NCBI GenBank assembly: GCA_041946805.1
Contig: JBHGBC010000129.1
Location: 1 to 17,289, forward strand
DNA: 17,289 bases
Direction of reading: 5' to 3'
Source: a bacterium
GTDB lineage: Bacteria > Hinthialibacterota > Hinthialibacteria > Hinthialibacterales > Hinthialibacteraceae
Part shown: piece after piece, positions 1 through 8,218 of the stretch
Position numbering within the stretch: the first letter of the stretch is position 1
Layout: each line of letters starts with the position of its first letter
Notes under the pieces: model-generated
Database searches by the model: none
The model's input: only the letters and a program-made list of their open reading frames with translations
What the model was told of the DNA's origin: nothing
Made by a program: the position numbers and the translations under genes

Positions 1-30
1 TCTCCCTCTGGGAGAGGGTCCGGGTGAGGG
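1..30 (+). repeat. REP-like palindromic repeat, CCCTCTCCC-N3-GGGAGAGGG-N3/4-GGGTGAGGG family (copy A, cut by window edge)
   Basis: TCTCCC-TCT-GGGAGA hairpin followed by GGGTCCGGGTGAGGG; same motif at 12069, 13120, 15061 (reverse), 15271, 17230. Confidence 0.85.
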
Positions 31-64
31 TAATAGCGTCCCTTCCAATGGGCTGCCGCATGGC

Positions 65-102
65 AACCCGGGGTTTCAATCCTGGGCGATTCCACCCTGG
101 GC
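65..102 (+). repeat. REP-like hairpin, AGCCCAGGGTTTCAACCCTGGG family
   Basis: AACCCGGGGTTTCAATCCTGGGCGATTCCACCCTGGGC closely matches 6016-6054 AGCCCAGGGTTTCAACCCTGGGCAACTCCAACCCTGGGC. Confidence 0.75.
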
Positions 103-202
103 CAAACAACTCAGGGCCAAACAGTCTTGAATGGCCATTGCCCCTGGAACAAGGCGCGGTTCCGTCCCTCTAACGCTTCCTTAAATCCCTCCTGATTTTC
201 CC

Positions 203-208
203 TATAAT
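203..208 (+). promoter_or_regulatory. Possible sigma70 -10 box for the lipoprotein gene
   Basis: Perfect TATAAT ~80 bp upstream of the GTG start in high-GC DNA; -35 candidate (TTAAAT 181-186) is weak. Confidence 0.3.
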
Positions 209-285
209 AATCCCGTTGAGGCCGCATGCCGGCCCCGGCGCTTCGCCGGAGCTCAATCCCACTACAATCCAAAAGGGGACCCCAC

Positions 286-1008
286 GTGAAAAAAATCGCG
301 GTTTTCGCAGGTGCCGGTATCTTGTTTTTCTCGTTCGCTTGTTCCAAAAACCAAGGTGAATTGGTGGAAAAACCGCCCCAGGCCGCTGCCACGCCCCAGG
401 CTGTAACGCAAGCCGAACTCCCCGCGGGGCATCCGCCGGTCGGGGGATCTTCCTCCATGCCGGGTCCATCCCTTCCCGGACAAAACGTGCCCGGACTCAC
501 CAGCGCCCTGTCACCGGGACCCGCCCCCCAGCCGGTGGTGCAAGGGACCACGGTGACCGCCGCATCCCTCGTCTTCACGATCGATCCCGCCTGGGTGATC
601 GAACAACCCAAAAGCTCCCTGCGCGCCGCTCAGTTCCGGATCCCCGCCCCCGCGGGCGCGTCCGGCGATGGCGAACTGGCTATCTTTCAGGGCATCGGAG
701 GATCGGCCGGGGACAACATCCAACGCTGGATCGCCCAAATCACCAATCACGAAGGCGAACCGGTGATCGAAAAGAGGAAAGTGGGCGATTTTTCCGTTCA
801 AACCCTGGATGTCACCGGGACCTACACCAACACCATGATGGGCGCGGGGCAAGGCCAGGAAATGAAGGGCTACCGCATGCTTGCGGCTGTGGTGGAAGGC
901 CATCCCATGGGACCCTGGCACTTCAAGATGACCGGCCCCAAGGATACCTTGGAACACTACAAGGCGGCCTTTGGAGCCCTGATCGACTCGCTGAAACCCG
1001 CCCAATGA
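286..1008 (+). CDS. Putative lipoprotein (Pro-rich linker, conserved-looking C-terminal domain of unknown function)
   Basis: GTG 286 after AAGGGGA RBS; MKKIAVFAGAGILFFSFA-C lipoprotein signal; LPAGHPP motif; globular C-terminus (LRAAQF..GELAIF..GGSAGDNIQRW..GPWHFKMTGP). Confidence 0.8.
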   Translation: MKKIAVFAGAGILFFSFACSKNQGELVEKPPQAAATPQAVTQAELPAGHPPVGGSSSMPGPSLPGQNVPGLTSALSPGPAPQPVVQGTTVTAASLVFTIDPAWVIEQPKSSLRAAQFRIPAPAGASGDGELAIFQGIGGSAGDNIQRWIAQITNHEGEPVIEKRKVGDFSVQTLDVTGTYTNTMMGAGQGQEMKGYRMLAAVVEGHPMGPWHFKMTGPKDTLEHYKAAFGALIDSLKPAQ

Positions 1009-1701
1009 TCTCCCGGCCTTCCCCCCGGCGCGGGGATGGCCCATAATGGAGACGGGATTGTATGGTGTCCGGAACCGGACCGGCCGGAGATGATCAGTAA
1101 GGTGGATCCAACGTGTGTATTTCATGCTTTGCTCGATCGATATTCCGTATTGGGCGGCTTCAGGGATCCACCCATGATCCTCTGGCCTGCGGAGCGTGTG
1201 AACGGATGAGGGAGAAAGAACCCTTTTTCCCTTCGTTATGATGAATGAATGTTTGAATCGATTGTGTGAATCAGTCACTTTTTTTCCGAAGTACCTTTTG
1301 TTTTTTTTTCGTGCCATGGAGGAGAAAAACATATTTGGATGGTTCTTCTGACCGGAGCGTTTTTTCGTTTGCAAGAGACGCTTTTGGAATCCATTCGATC
1401 GGACCGGAAAAATCCACCCTCCATACCCTCTCCACTCCCTCGGGATGAAAATTCGAGTGAGGGATATTGGGAGAAATATTTGTGTCAATCCGCGTAACGG
1501 ATTGGGAGAGAATCACGGCCGCTCTAGCATGCACTCACGGGCCGGATGCATCAATTTGATCGGGCCCCTTGGCATATAACATTTTTCTACCTTGTCATGG
1601 ATGGTTGGTTTTCTTTCATTACACAGTCACAGTTGGGAAACCTTCGGGCAGGGGGACGGGTTTCGTGACCGGATATCCGCTCCCCGGGTGGGATGCCGTC
1701 G

Positions 1702-1995
1702 ATGAAAAAAGAGGATTTGATCAGAGCGGTTGCCAAAAAGGCGGGGATCCCGCACAATGTGGCGCGGACGGCCGTGGAGGCGATCCTCGGGGCGATCATG
1801 AAAGGCGTGAAACGCGGTCCCGTGCTCATCGATGGTTTCGGCAAGTTCCGCGTGCAACGCCGCCGCGCCCGCATGGGCCGCAATCCCCGCACCGGCGAGA
1901 CGATTCAGATCGCGCCGACGGCGTTTCCCGTCTTCATCGCGGGAGACCGGCTGCAAAAACGTATGCGCAAACTCCATAAGCGCTCCAAAGAGTAA
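1702..1995 (+). CDS. hup: HU/IHF family DNA-binding protein
   Basis: MKKEDLIRAVAKKAGI..GFGKFRVQRRRARMGRNPRTGETIQI..PVFIAG matches the HU signature; GGGTGGGA RBS favours ATG 1702 over ATG 1693. Confidence 0.92.
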   Translation: MKKEDLIRAVAKKAGIPHNVARTAVEAILGAIMKGVKRGPVLIDGFGKFRVQRRRARMGRNPRTGETIQIAPTAFPVFIAGDRLQKRMRKLHKRSKE

Positions 1996-2013
1996 CAACG
2001 GTACGAATACAAG

Positions 2014-3567
2014 ATGAGGAAATACGCCCTGAATCGTTGGATCATTCCGGCCGCGTCGGCCGCCTGCTTTGCGTTGCTGGGCGCGCGGTCCACCCCCGCG
2101 CAATCCCTGGTCCTCCTTTATCCCCCGGAAGGCGCCACGGTCCGTTTTCAGGACCTGGTGGATTTCGGCTTCCAATGGACCGCCCCTCCCGGCGCGACGG
2201 CATTCGAAGTGTTGCTTTTGCCACCCACTCCCTCGTTTCCGCAGCCCATCCACTTTCCGGCGGGCGCCTCCCCGTACCGGATCGATGAGGCCATGGCCTC
2301 CTATTTGCGGTCCGTTTTGACGGATGGCGTGTATCAGTGGCGTGTCGAGATCATGAGCGGCGAAGGGCAGGGAACCGTATCCGGCCATGTCACCTTCACC
2401 ATGAAATACCAAAGTCCCCTGATCCCCACGCCCACGCCCCCTGGAATCAAACCCACACCGGCGGGCAATCTCGACGGCACGGGCAAAATCGACGCCGGTG
2501 ACTTGTTCATCCTCTCCCGTTTGTGGAAAGTCTACGATCCCTCCATCGAACTGGGGCCGGACCTGAACCGGGATTCCCTCGTCGACGGACGCGACCTGTT
2601 GCTCTACATCCAGCGGTATGGCAATCCCGCGCCGGTGGCCACCCCCGCTCCGCCCCTCGGCGTGCCGCGCCATCTCTCCTTCTCCCCCGATTCCATCGTG
2701 AGCATCGCCGAAACGCCCCAGCTGGAGATCCGCTGGGACCGCCCCTCCTATCCCGAGGGCCAGCCTTTCCTGTACGATGTCCTGATTCTCCGGCCGGACG
2801 GCAACTCCATCGAAGCCAACGGCCTCGCCGCCACCTCCTACAAACCGTTCGGCGCGCTCATGACCTTGAGGGGGATATACACCGTGTATGTGCGCGCCCG
2901 GCTGGCCGCCGGGGGAGATGGGAACATCGTCTCCGGCCAGTTTCAGGTGGTTCTCAACAAGCCTGTCACCCCGACGCCCACGCCCGTGCCGCGCAATCCG
3001 GATTTGTCCCGCGACGGCCGGGCCGGGGTCCTGGACCTCGCGCTGTTCGCCCGCGCCTTCGGCTCCCGGCTGGGCCAAATCGCGTTCGTCCCCGAAGCCG
3101 ACCTGATCGGCGACGAGAAAATCGATCAATACGACTTGCTGCTTTTCTATATTCTGTACGCGCGGCGGGAACAGCAACTTCCCGCTCCCGTCTGGCTGTA
3201 CGCCGACGTGCCCGTTCTGGATCCCGACACCTGCCAGGGTACCGAAAAAATGCGGGTGGCATTCCCCCCCAACGAGATCACGTTCGGTTTTTCGTCCAAG
3301 CGTTGCGTGCTCGCGGAACTGTTCGGGACTGTTCTGGCGTTTTCCGAAATCCCCGGAGCGGCCGATTACTTCGTCACGGTGCGTTCGGAGACGGATCCCG
3401 GATATCTCTTGACGTTCTATACGGATGGGGAAACGAAGCTGGTGGAGAAAATTGTCCGGTTCGTTCCGGGCGATGTTTTGCGTGTCCAGGTGCAAGCCGC
3501 CGGGGATAGTCTGCGGTTGGGGGATTCCAGCGATACCTTGCGCTTGATCATTCCTTCGCAAAACTGA
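2014..3567 (+). CDS. Secreted protein with two dockerin-like Ca-binding domains, Pro/Thr linkers and beta-sandwich (FN3-like) modules
   Basis: Signal peptide ending TPA-Q; paired loops NLDGTGKIDAGDL/DLNRDSLVDGRDL and DLSRDGRAGVLDL/DLIGDEKIDQYDL; PTPTP linkers. Confidence 0.8.
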   Translation: MRKYALNRWIIPAASAACFALLGARSTPAQSLVLLYPPEGATVRFQDLVDFGFQWTAPPGATAFEVLLLPPTPSFPQPIHFPAGASPYRIDEAMASYLRSVLTDGVYQWRVEIMSGEGQGTVSGHVTFTMKYQSPLIPTPTPPGIKPTPAGNLDGTGKIDAGDLFILSRLWKVYDPSIELGPDLNRDSLVDGRDLLLYIQRYGNPAPVATPAPPLGVPRHLSFSPDSIVSIAETPQLEIRWDRPSYPEGQPFLYDVLILRPDGNSIEANGLAATSYKPFGALMTLRGIYTVYVRARLAAGGDGNIVSGQFQVVLNKPVTPTPTPVPRNPDLSRDGRAGVLDLALFARAFGSRLGQIAFVPEADLIGDEKIDQYDLLLFYILYARREQQLPAPVWLYADVPVLDPDTCQGTEKMRVAFPPNEITFGFSSKRCVLAELFGTVLAFSEIPGAADYFVTVRSETDPGYLLTFYTDGETKLVEKIVRFVPGDVLRVQVQAAGDSLRLGDSSDTLRLIIPSQN

Positions 3568-3610
3568 TGCTCCCGCCCGGCTGCCCCTTCATCACGCGTA
3601 CCGGGTCAAC

Positions 3611-4636
3611 ATGTCTGAACGCATAATCATCCGTATTCCGAATTGGCTGGGGGATGCCATTATGTCCACGGCGGGCGTCCGCGCTCTCCGCCGCCGGCGT
3701 CCGGACGATGCCATCGCTCTGGTGGGCCTGCCCGCCATGCTGTCGGTTTTTTCCTCCCCCTCGTGCCCCTTTGAACTCATTCCCTACGACCGCCGCGGCT
3801 CCGAAAGCGGCCTGCCCGGCCTCCTCCGCATGAGCGCCCGGCTCCGCGAAAAACGCTTCACCCGCGGCTATCTCCTCACCAATTCCTTTTCCTCCGCCCT
3901 CCTCTTCTTCCTTGGCCGCGTCCCCCATCGCACCGGCTACCGCGGCCAGTGGCGCTCGGCCCTCCTCAGCACGGCGTTGCCTCCTCCCCCGCCGGACTTG
4001 CACCACTGCGGCCGTTACATCCACCTCCTGAACCAGGGTCAACCCGCCGACCTTCTCCCCGAAATCCGTGTCTCCCCCGAGGAACGTGAAAAAGCCCGCC
4101 AGCTGCTTGAACAGGAAAACGGCCTGGGTCAGTTGCGCATCGGCATGGCCATCGGGGCGGCCTACGGTCCAGCCAAGCGCTGGCCCCCCGAACTCTTCGC
4201 CGCGCTGGCCCGGGAATGCGTCCGCCGCTTTGCCGCCCGGATCCTGATCTTCGGCACGGAAAGCGACGAAGCCGCCGCCGCCGCCATCGTCCAGGAAACC
4301 GGAGGGCATGCCATCAACCTGACGGGCCGCACCACCCTGCGTGAACTCTTTGCCCTCCTCCAGCAATGCCGCCTGGTGGTCTCCAACGACTCGGGCGCCA
4401 TGCACGCCGCCGCCGCCGTGCAAACCCCCGTCATCGCCCTCTTCGGCTCGACCGGTCCCTTCCTGACCGGTCCCCTGGGCCCCCAGCACCGGGTGATCTA
4501 CAAACACTTGGACTGCTCGCCCTGCTTCAAACGGACCTGCCCCCTCTTCCACTACGAGTGCCTCAAACGGATCACGGTGGATGAGGTGGCCGGCCTGGCC
4601 GGAGAATTGCTCAACACGCAGCGGGCGGCGCCGTGA
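3611..4636 (+). CDS. waaF: Lipopolysaccharide heptosyltransferase II (GT9)
   Basis: IIIRIPNWLGDAIMS, GAAYGPAKRWP, VSNDSGAMH, ALFGST, CSPCFKRTCP..C motifs; 341 aa. Confidence 0.9.
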   Translation: MSERIIIRIPNWLGDAIMSTAGVRALRRRRPDDAIALVGLPAMLSVFSSPSCPFELIPYDRRGSESGLPGLLRMSARLREKRFTRGYLLTNSFSSALLFFLGRVPHRTGYRGQWRSALLSTALPPPPPDLHHCGRYIHLLNQGQPADLLPEIRVSPEEREKARQLLEQENGLGQLRIGMAIGAAYGPAKRWPPELFAALARECVRRFAARILIFGTESDEAAAAAIVQETGGHAINLTGRTTLRELFALLQQCRLVVSNDSGAMHAAAAVQTPVIALFGSTGPFLTGPLGPQHRVIYKHLDCSPCFKRTCPLFHYECLKRITVDEVAGLAGELLNTQRAAP

Positions 4637-4699
4637 AGGCAGGCCGCGCGCCCTTCGCATCGGGCGCCCGGGAATCCGGATGACTCTTCTGGGGAAACC

Positions 4700-5821
4700 A
4701 TGATCGATCCCAAAAAACTCAAAACCTGGAGACATCACTGGCAGGACGAAGTGGACGCCGCGTTTCTCTACCGCGAACTCGCGGGGCTCGAATCCCGCCC
4801 GGAACGGCGAACCCTCTACGAACGCCTGGCCGACGTGGAAGACCGCCATGTCCGGGTATGGGAGAAAATTTTCGCGGAGAACGCGATCCACCTCCCCGCT
4901 TCCCGCCCATCCCTGAAGGCGCGGCTGCAGGCCCGGCTGGCCCGGCGGTTTGGATCCGGACTGTTGTTGCGTCTCCTGCTGATCGAGGAAGGGGCCGAGG
5001 TGAGGAAATATCTCTCCCTCCACCGGGACAGCTCTCCTGGAAGCGCCAAAACCGCCGCGCTGACCCTGGCGCAGGAATCGGTGCAGCACGCGGCCGACCT
5101 GCGCGGACTGTCCGGTACCCACAGCGAACCTTGGCATAAGACCGAATCGGGCGACATTCTTCGCAACGTGGTGTATGGATTCAACGACGGGCTGACCGCC
5201 AATTTCGGCCTGGTGGCGGGATTGATCGGCGGAAACATCAGCCATTATGCGGTGTTGCTTTCGGGAATGGCGGGGACCGTCGCCGACGCGCTCTCCATGG
5301 GATCCTCCGGCTACCTGGCGGCCGTCAGCCAGCGCGAGGTGTACGAGCATGAGATCGCCATGGAGAAGGAAGAGATCACGCTCATGCCCGAGCTCGAGGC
5401 GGAAGAACTGGCGCTCATCTACCAGTCCAAAGGTTTCGAGGAGGCCAAAGCCCGGCAACTCGCGGCTCAGATCATGCACAATCCGGAAAACGTGCTGCGG
5501 GAAATGATCAAGGAGGAATTGAAGATCGGCGAAGCAGCCACGTCACCCCTGAACGAAGGCTTGATCACTGGCTTGTCCACCGCCGTGGGTGCGTTCATCC
5601 CCGTCGCGCCCTTCGTGTTCTGGGAGATCGGGACCGCGATTTGGATCTCGTTCGCCCTTTCCATGCTGGCGCACTTCGGCGTGGGCGCTGCCCGCAGCCT
5701 CTTCACGGGGCGCGGCATCCTCCGCAGCGGCTGGGATATGTTCCTCGTGGGATTCGGCGTCGCCGCCTTCAGCTATTTTTTCGGAGACCTGGCGGTCCAT
5801 TGGCTCACCGGGTCCCAATAA
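4700..5821 (+). CDS. VIT1/CCC1 family Fe/Mn transporter with N-terminal ferritin/rubrerythrin-like domain
   Basis: N-terminal DEVDAAFLY, EDRH, ESVQH diiron-type motifs; LRNVVYGFNDGL, ALSMGSSGYL, IAMEKEEI VIT1 motifs; C-terminal TM helices. Confidence 0.88.
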   Translation: MIDPKKLKTWRHHWQDEVDAAFLYRELAGLESRPERRTLYERLADVEDRHVRVWEKIFAENAIHLPASRPSLKARLQARLARRFGSGLLLRLLLIEEGAEVRKYLSLHRDSSPGSAKTAALTLAQESVQHAADLRGLSGTHSEPWHKTESGDILRNVVYGFNDGLTANFGLVAGLIGGNISHYAVLLSGMAGTVADALSMGSSGYLAAVSQREVYEHEIAMEKEEITLMPELEAEELALIYQSKGFEEAKARQLAAQIMHNPENVLREMIKEELKIGEAATSPLNEGLITGLSTAVGAFIPVAPFVFWEIGTAIWISFALSMLAHFGVGAARSLFTGRGILRSGWDMFLVGFGVAAFSYFFGDLAVHWLTGSQ

Positions 5822-5828
5822 GATTATT

Positions 5829-5852
5829 GTGGTGCGGGCATCCTTGCCTGCA
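5829..5852 (+). repeat. GTGG-led REP-like hairpin
   Basis: GTGG-TGCGGGCA-TCCT-TGCCTGCA just after the VIT1 stop. Confidence 0.6.
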
Positions 5853-5885
5853 TCCTTGAATCCTCAACCCCACCGTTTCTTTAGC

Positions 5886-5944
5886 GCCCCTTTCAAGGGG
5901 CCGCCTACAGAAACGTAGGATGGGTTAGCGAAGCGTAACCCATC
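5886..5944. repeat. Divergent pair of GTAG-type REP-like elements (BIME-like)
   Basis: Minus strand GTAGGCG-GCCCCT-TGAA-AGGGGC (5886-5908); plus strand GTAG-GATGGGTTA-GCGAAGCG-TAACCCATC (5915-5944); 6-bp spacer. Confidence 0.7.
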
Positions 5945-5988
5945 AAAACCACATGACGTCTTCACTCAATAGCCTGCACAATCCTCGA

Positions 5989-6054
5989 GTCCCCTTCAGG
6001 GGACGGCTTTAAACTAGCCCAGGGTTTCAACCCTGGGCAACTCCAACCCTGGGC
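5989..6054 (+). repeat. Double-hairpin REP-like element (GTCCCC-TTCA-GGGGAC plus CCCAGGG-TTTCAA-CCCTGGG)
   Basis: Two perfect stems; related copies at 65-102 and 8123-8169. Confidence 0.75.
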
Positions 6055-6144
6055 ATAAACGGAATTCCCGCATTTTCTCCATTGTCCTTCCCGTCCTTGT
6101 CCTTTCTCCGTGCCCTCCGTGATTCCATCCGACCACCAACAGCC

Positions 6145-6185
6145 CATCCAGGTAATCTTGTGCATCCTGACCATCCTGATTCAGA
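6145..6185 (+). repeat. 41-bp direct repeat (left copy) built of 9-bp CATCCTGAC-like units
   Basis: CATCCAGGTAATCTTGTGCATCCTGACCATCCTGATTCAGA; 38/41 identical to 7933-7973. Confidence 0.9.
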
Positions 6186-6225
6186 TAAAAATCCCTCCCC
6201 ATTAATCCCCCATTTCCGCGCCCGG

Positions 6226-6243
6226 TTCTCTATGGATAGAGAA
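6226..6243. promoter_or_regulatory. Perfect 8-2-8 inverted repeat, candidate operator
   Basis: TTCTCTAT-GG-ATAGAGAA ending 31 bp before ATG 6275; function inferred. Confidence 0.4.
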
Positions 6244-6274
6244 ACCTTATTTCCTTGGCTTTGTACCACGGCTC

Positions 6275-7852
6275 ATGACCGTCCATTCCTTGTCTCAATC
6301 GCTCGCATTCAACTTCGCCCAACTCGCGGAGCTCGAATCCCAAATCACTCTCATTGACGCCCAAATCCACCAATCCCCCGATCTCCTCGATTCCAAGGTG
6401 CAATCTCTCCACCGCCTCAAACTTCAATATCTCCGCTCGAAGATCCTGCTGGAAAGGCACCTGCGCAAATCCACCGTGAAAACCAAAACGCCCCCCGCCC
6501 CCGAATTCCCTGAATCCTGGCGCACGGATCCCGCCTGCTTCGCCCGCGAGGCTCTGCATCTCGAACTCTTCGATCACCAGGTCCAATTCTGCGCCCTCCG
6601 CCAACGCACCGCCCTGCTCATCGCCGGACGCGGCGCGGGCAAATCCACTGCCGCCTGCGTCAAGGCCCTGCATCAGGCCGGCTGCCGCCCCCGCTCCACG
6701 GTCCTGGTGGTCTCCTCCGGCCAGCGCATGAGCACTCACTTCGGCGCTCAGGTTCTCACCCTCGTTCGCCAGTCGCCGCTTCGCGAGTGTGTCGCTTCCC
6801 TCTCCCATGAACAGGTCGTCTTTCAAAACGGCTCCGAGATCAAACTCCTCCCCGCCAATCCCGACACCATCCGCGGCTACCACCCCAAAACCACCAACGG
6901 CGGCGGCGCCATGACCATCATCCTCGACGAGGCCTGCTTCATGGAACAAGGCGATGAAATCCGCAAAGCCGTCGAATACGCCCTCATCACCACGCCGCCG
7001 GACCTCGGCCAACTCTGCATCGTCTCCTCCCCCACCTCCACGGCCTCGTGGGTGTATGAGTATGTCCAGCGCGCGAACCAGGGGGATCCGGAAATCGGTG
7101 TCATCCAGTGTCCCAGCCGCGCCAATCCCCGTATCACCGCCGAGGAACTCGAACGCCTCCGCGCCACCAAGAACAGCCTCGAATACCGCGCCGAAGTCCT
7201 GGGCGAATGGGTTGATGGCGCGTATGGGCTTTTTACCGGCCTCCTCGAATCCAACCGGATCGGTCCGGACGCCGAGCCCTTGCCCGAAGACTACCTCGCC
7301 AGCCTCGGCGCCGACTTGGCCCTCTCCTTCAGCCCCGACCACGACCGCAACGCCCTGGCCGTGACCGCTTCCTGGCCCGGCCCCGATGGCGAACTTCGCT
7401 TCCGTCTGGTGGAGCTCGTGGTGCTCGGCCATGCCTCCGATGAGGAACTGCGCCGCGCCGTCGATGTCCTCCGCGAAAAACACGGCCTGCACACCGCGAT
7501 CATCGAACAATATCAGGGCAAGGCCCTTGCGGAATATTGCCAATCCCTGGGCATCGAAACTCAACTGGCCGCCCCCACCCCAGGCAATCAACAGATGATC
7601 TTCCACGAACTTCACCGCCTGCTGCGCGAAAGACGCCTGCAACTGCCCGATACCTTGCCCGATCTCTTTTGGGAAGAAATGAACGCCTTCGAATACCGCC
7701 GGGAAGCCGACGGCCGCGCCTCCTTCGGTCATCCACCCCGTGCTCATGACGACACCGTGTACGCCCTCGCCTGGTCGCTCCACGCCGCTCTCCACCTCCC
7801 CCCGCCACCGCCCAACGTCAAACCGTACATCCTCTTCGTCCCCCCGGGATAA
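6275..7852 (+). CDS. Terminase large subunit-like protein (packaging-type ATPase plus RNase H-like nuclease), stand-alone
   Basis: Q motif LFDHQ, Walker A AGRGAGKST, FQNGSEI..IRG, Walker B IILDEA, coupling motif VSSP, NP..YRAEVLGEW; nuclease motifs LGADLA, IIEQYQG, HDDTVYALA; 525 aa; start uncertain (no clear RBS). Confidence 0.85.
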   Translation: MTVHSLSQSLAFNFAQLAELESQITLIDAQIHQSPDLLDSKVQSLHRLKLQYLRSKILLERHLRKSTVKTKTPPAPEFPESWRTDPACFAREALHLELFDHQVQFCALRQRTALLIAGRGAGKSTAACVKALHQAGCRPRSTVLVVSSGQRMSTHFGAQVLTLVRQSPLRECVASLSHEQVVFQNGSEIKLLPANPDTIRGYHPKTTNGGGAMTIILDEACFMEQGDEIRKAVEYALITTPPDLGQLCIVSSPTSTASWVYEYVQRANQGDPEIGVIQCPSRANPRITAEELERLRATKNSLEYRAEVLGEWVDGAYGLFTGLLESNRIGPDAEPLPEDYLASLGADLALSFSPDHDRNALAVTASWPGPDGELRFRLVELVVLGHASDEELRRAVDVLREKHGLHTAIIEQYQGKALAEYCQSLGIETQLAAPTPGNQQMIFHELHRLLRERRLQLPDTLPDLFWEEMNAFEYRREADGRASFGHPPRAHDDTVYALAWSLHAALHLPPPPPNVKPYILFVPPG

Positions 7853-7853
7853 A

Positions 7854-7875
7854 GTGGCCTGCCTTTCCAGGCCAC
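7854..7875 (+). terminator. Hairpin immediately after the terminase-like stop (REP-like or terminator)
   Basis: GTGGCCTG-CCTTTC-CAGGCCAC perfect 8-bp stem; no U-tract. Confidence 0.4.
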
Positions 7876-7902
7876 GCGTAAAAGAATCCTTGCGGCGAAG
7901 CT

Positions 7903-8218
7903 TGGCTTCGCGCGCCAGCGCGTAACCCATTACATCCTGGTCATCTTGTTCATCCTGACCATCCTGATTCAGACAATCCCCTCCGCCTCTCCGCGGTGAA
8001 ATTCCCTTTCCCCTTGTGGTAGCTGCGCAGGATGGCTTCGCGCGTAACCCATCAATCCAATCCCCCTCCCTTCTTCTCCCTCCTTTCCCTCCGTGGAAGA
8101 GAGGCCGGGGTGTTGAAAAATAGCCCCGCAGGGGCGCTTCCTGCTTTAGCCAGGGGTAAAACCCCTGGCGCTTCAACCGGCGCATAAAAATGGGGCTACG
8201 CGCGGCGCGCGTAACCCC
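7903..8218. repeat. Cluster of REP-like elements between convergent genes
   Basis: GCGTAACCC-family copies at 7903-7930, 8027-8053, 8192-8218; CTCCGCCTCTCCGCGGTGAA 7981-8000; double hairpin GCCCC-GCA-GGGGC and GCCAGGGG-TAAAA-CCCCTGGC at 8123-8169. Confidence 0.75.
7933..7973 (+). repeat. 41-bp direct repeat (right copy)
   Basis: CATCCTGGTCATCTTGTTCATCCTGACCATCCTGATTCAGA; last 23 bp identical to the left copy. Confidence 0.9.

Noticed and set aside
226..285. Upstream ATG start for the lipoprotein
   Set aside because: GTG 286 has an RBS and gives a canonical signal peptide
511..1534. ORFs extending into the 1009-1701 spacer (325, 87 and 60 aa)
   Set aside because: Low-complexity, poly-A/T-driven translations without motifs or a clear RBS
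1570..1586. Sigma54 promoter at TGGCAT
   Set aside because: No TTGC -12 element at the required spacing
1626..1669. Cyclic-di-GMP-I riboswitch
   Set aside because: Only superficial similarity; lacks the GNRA loop/receptor and GCAAAG core
1627..5479. 644-aa and 643-aa minus-strand ORFs
   Set aside because: Antisense to well-supported HU, dockerin-like, waaF and VIT1 genes; expected from codon bias
6230..8185. 651-aa minus-strand ORF overlapping the terminase-like gene
   Set aside because: Antisense shadow of a high-GC gene; no recognisable motifs, and its N-terminus is translated repeat DNA (QDGQDEQDDQD)
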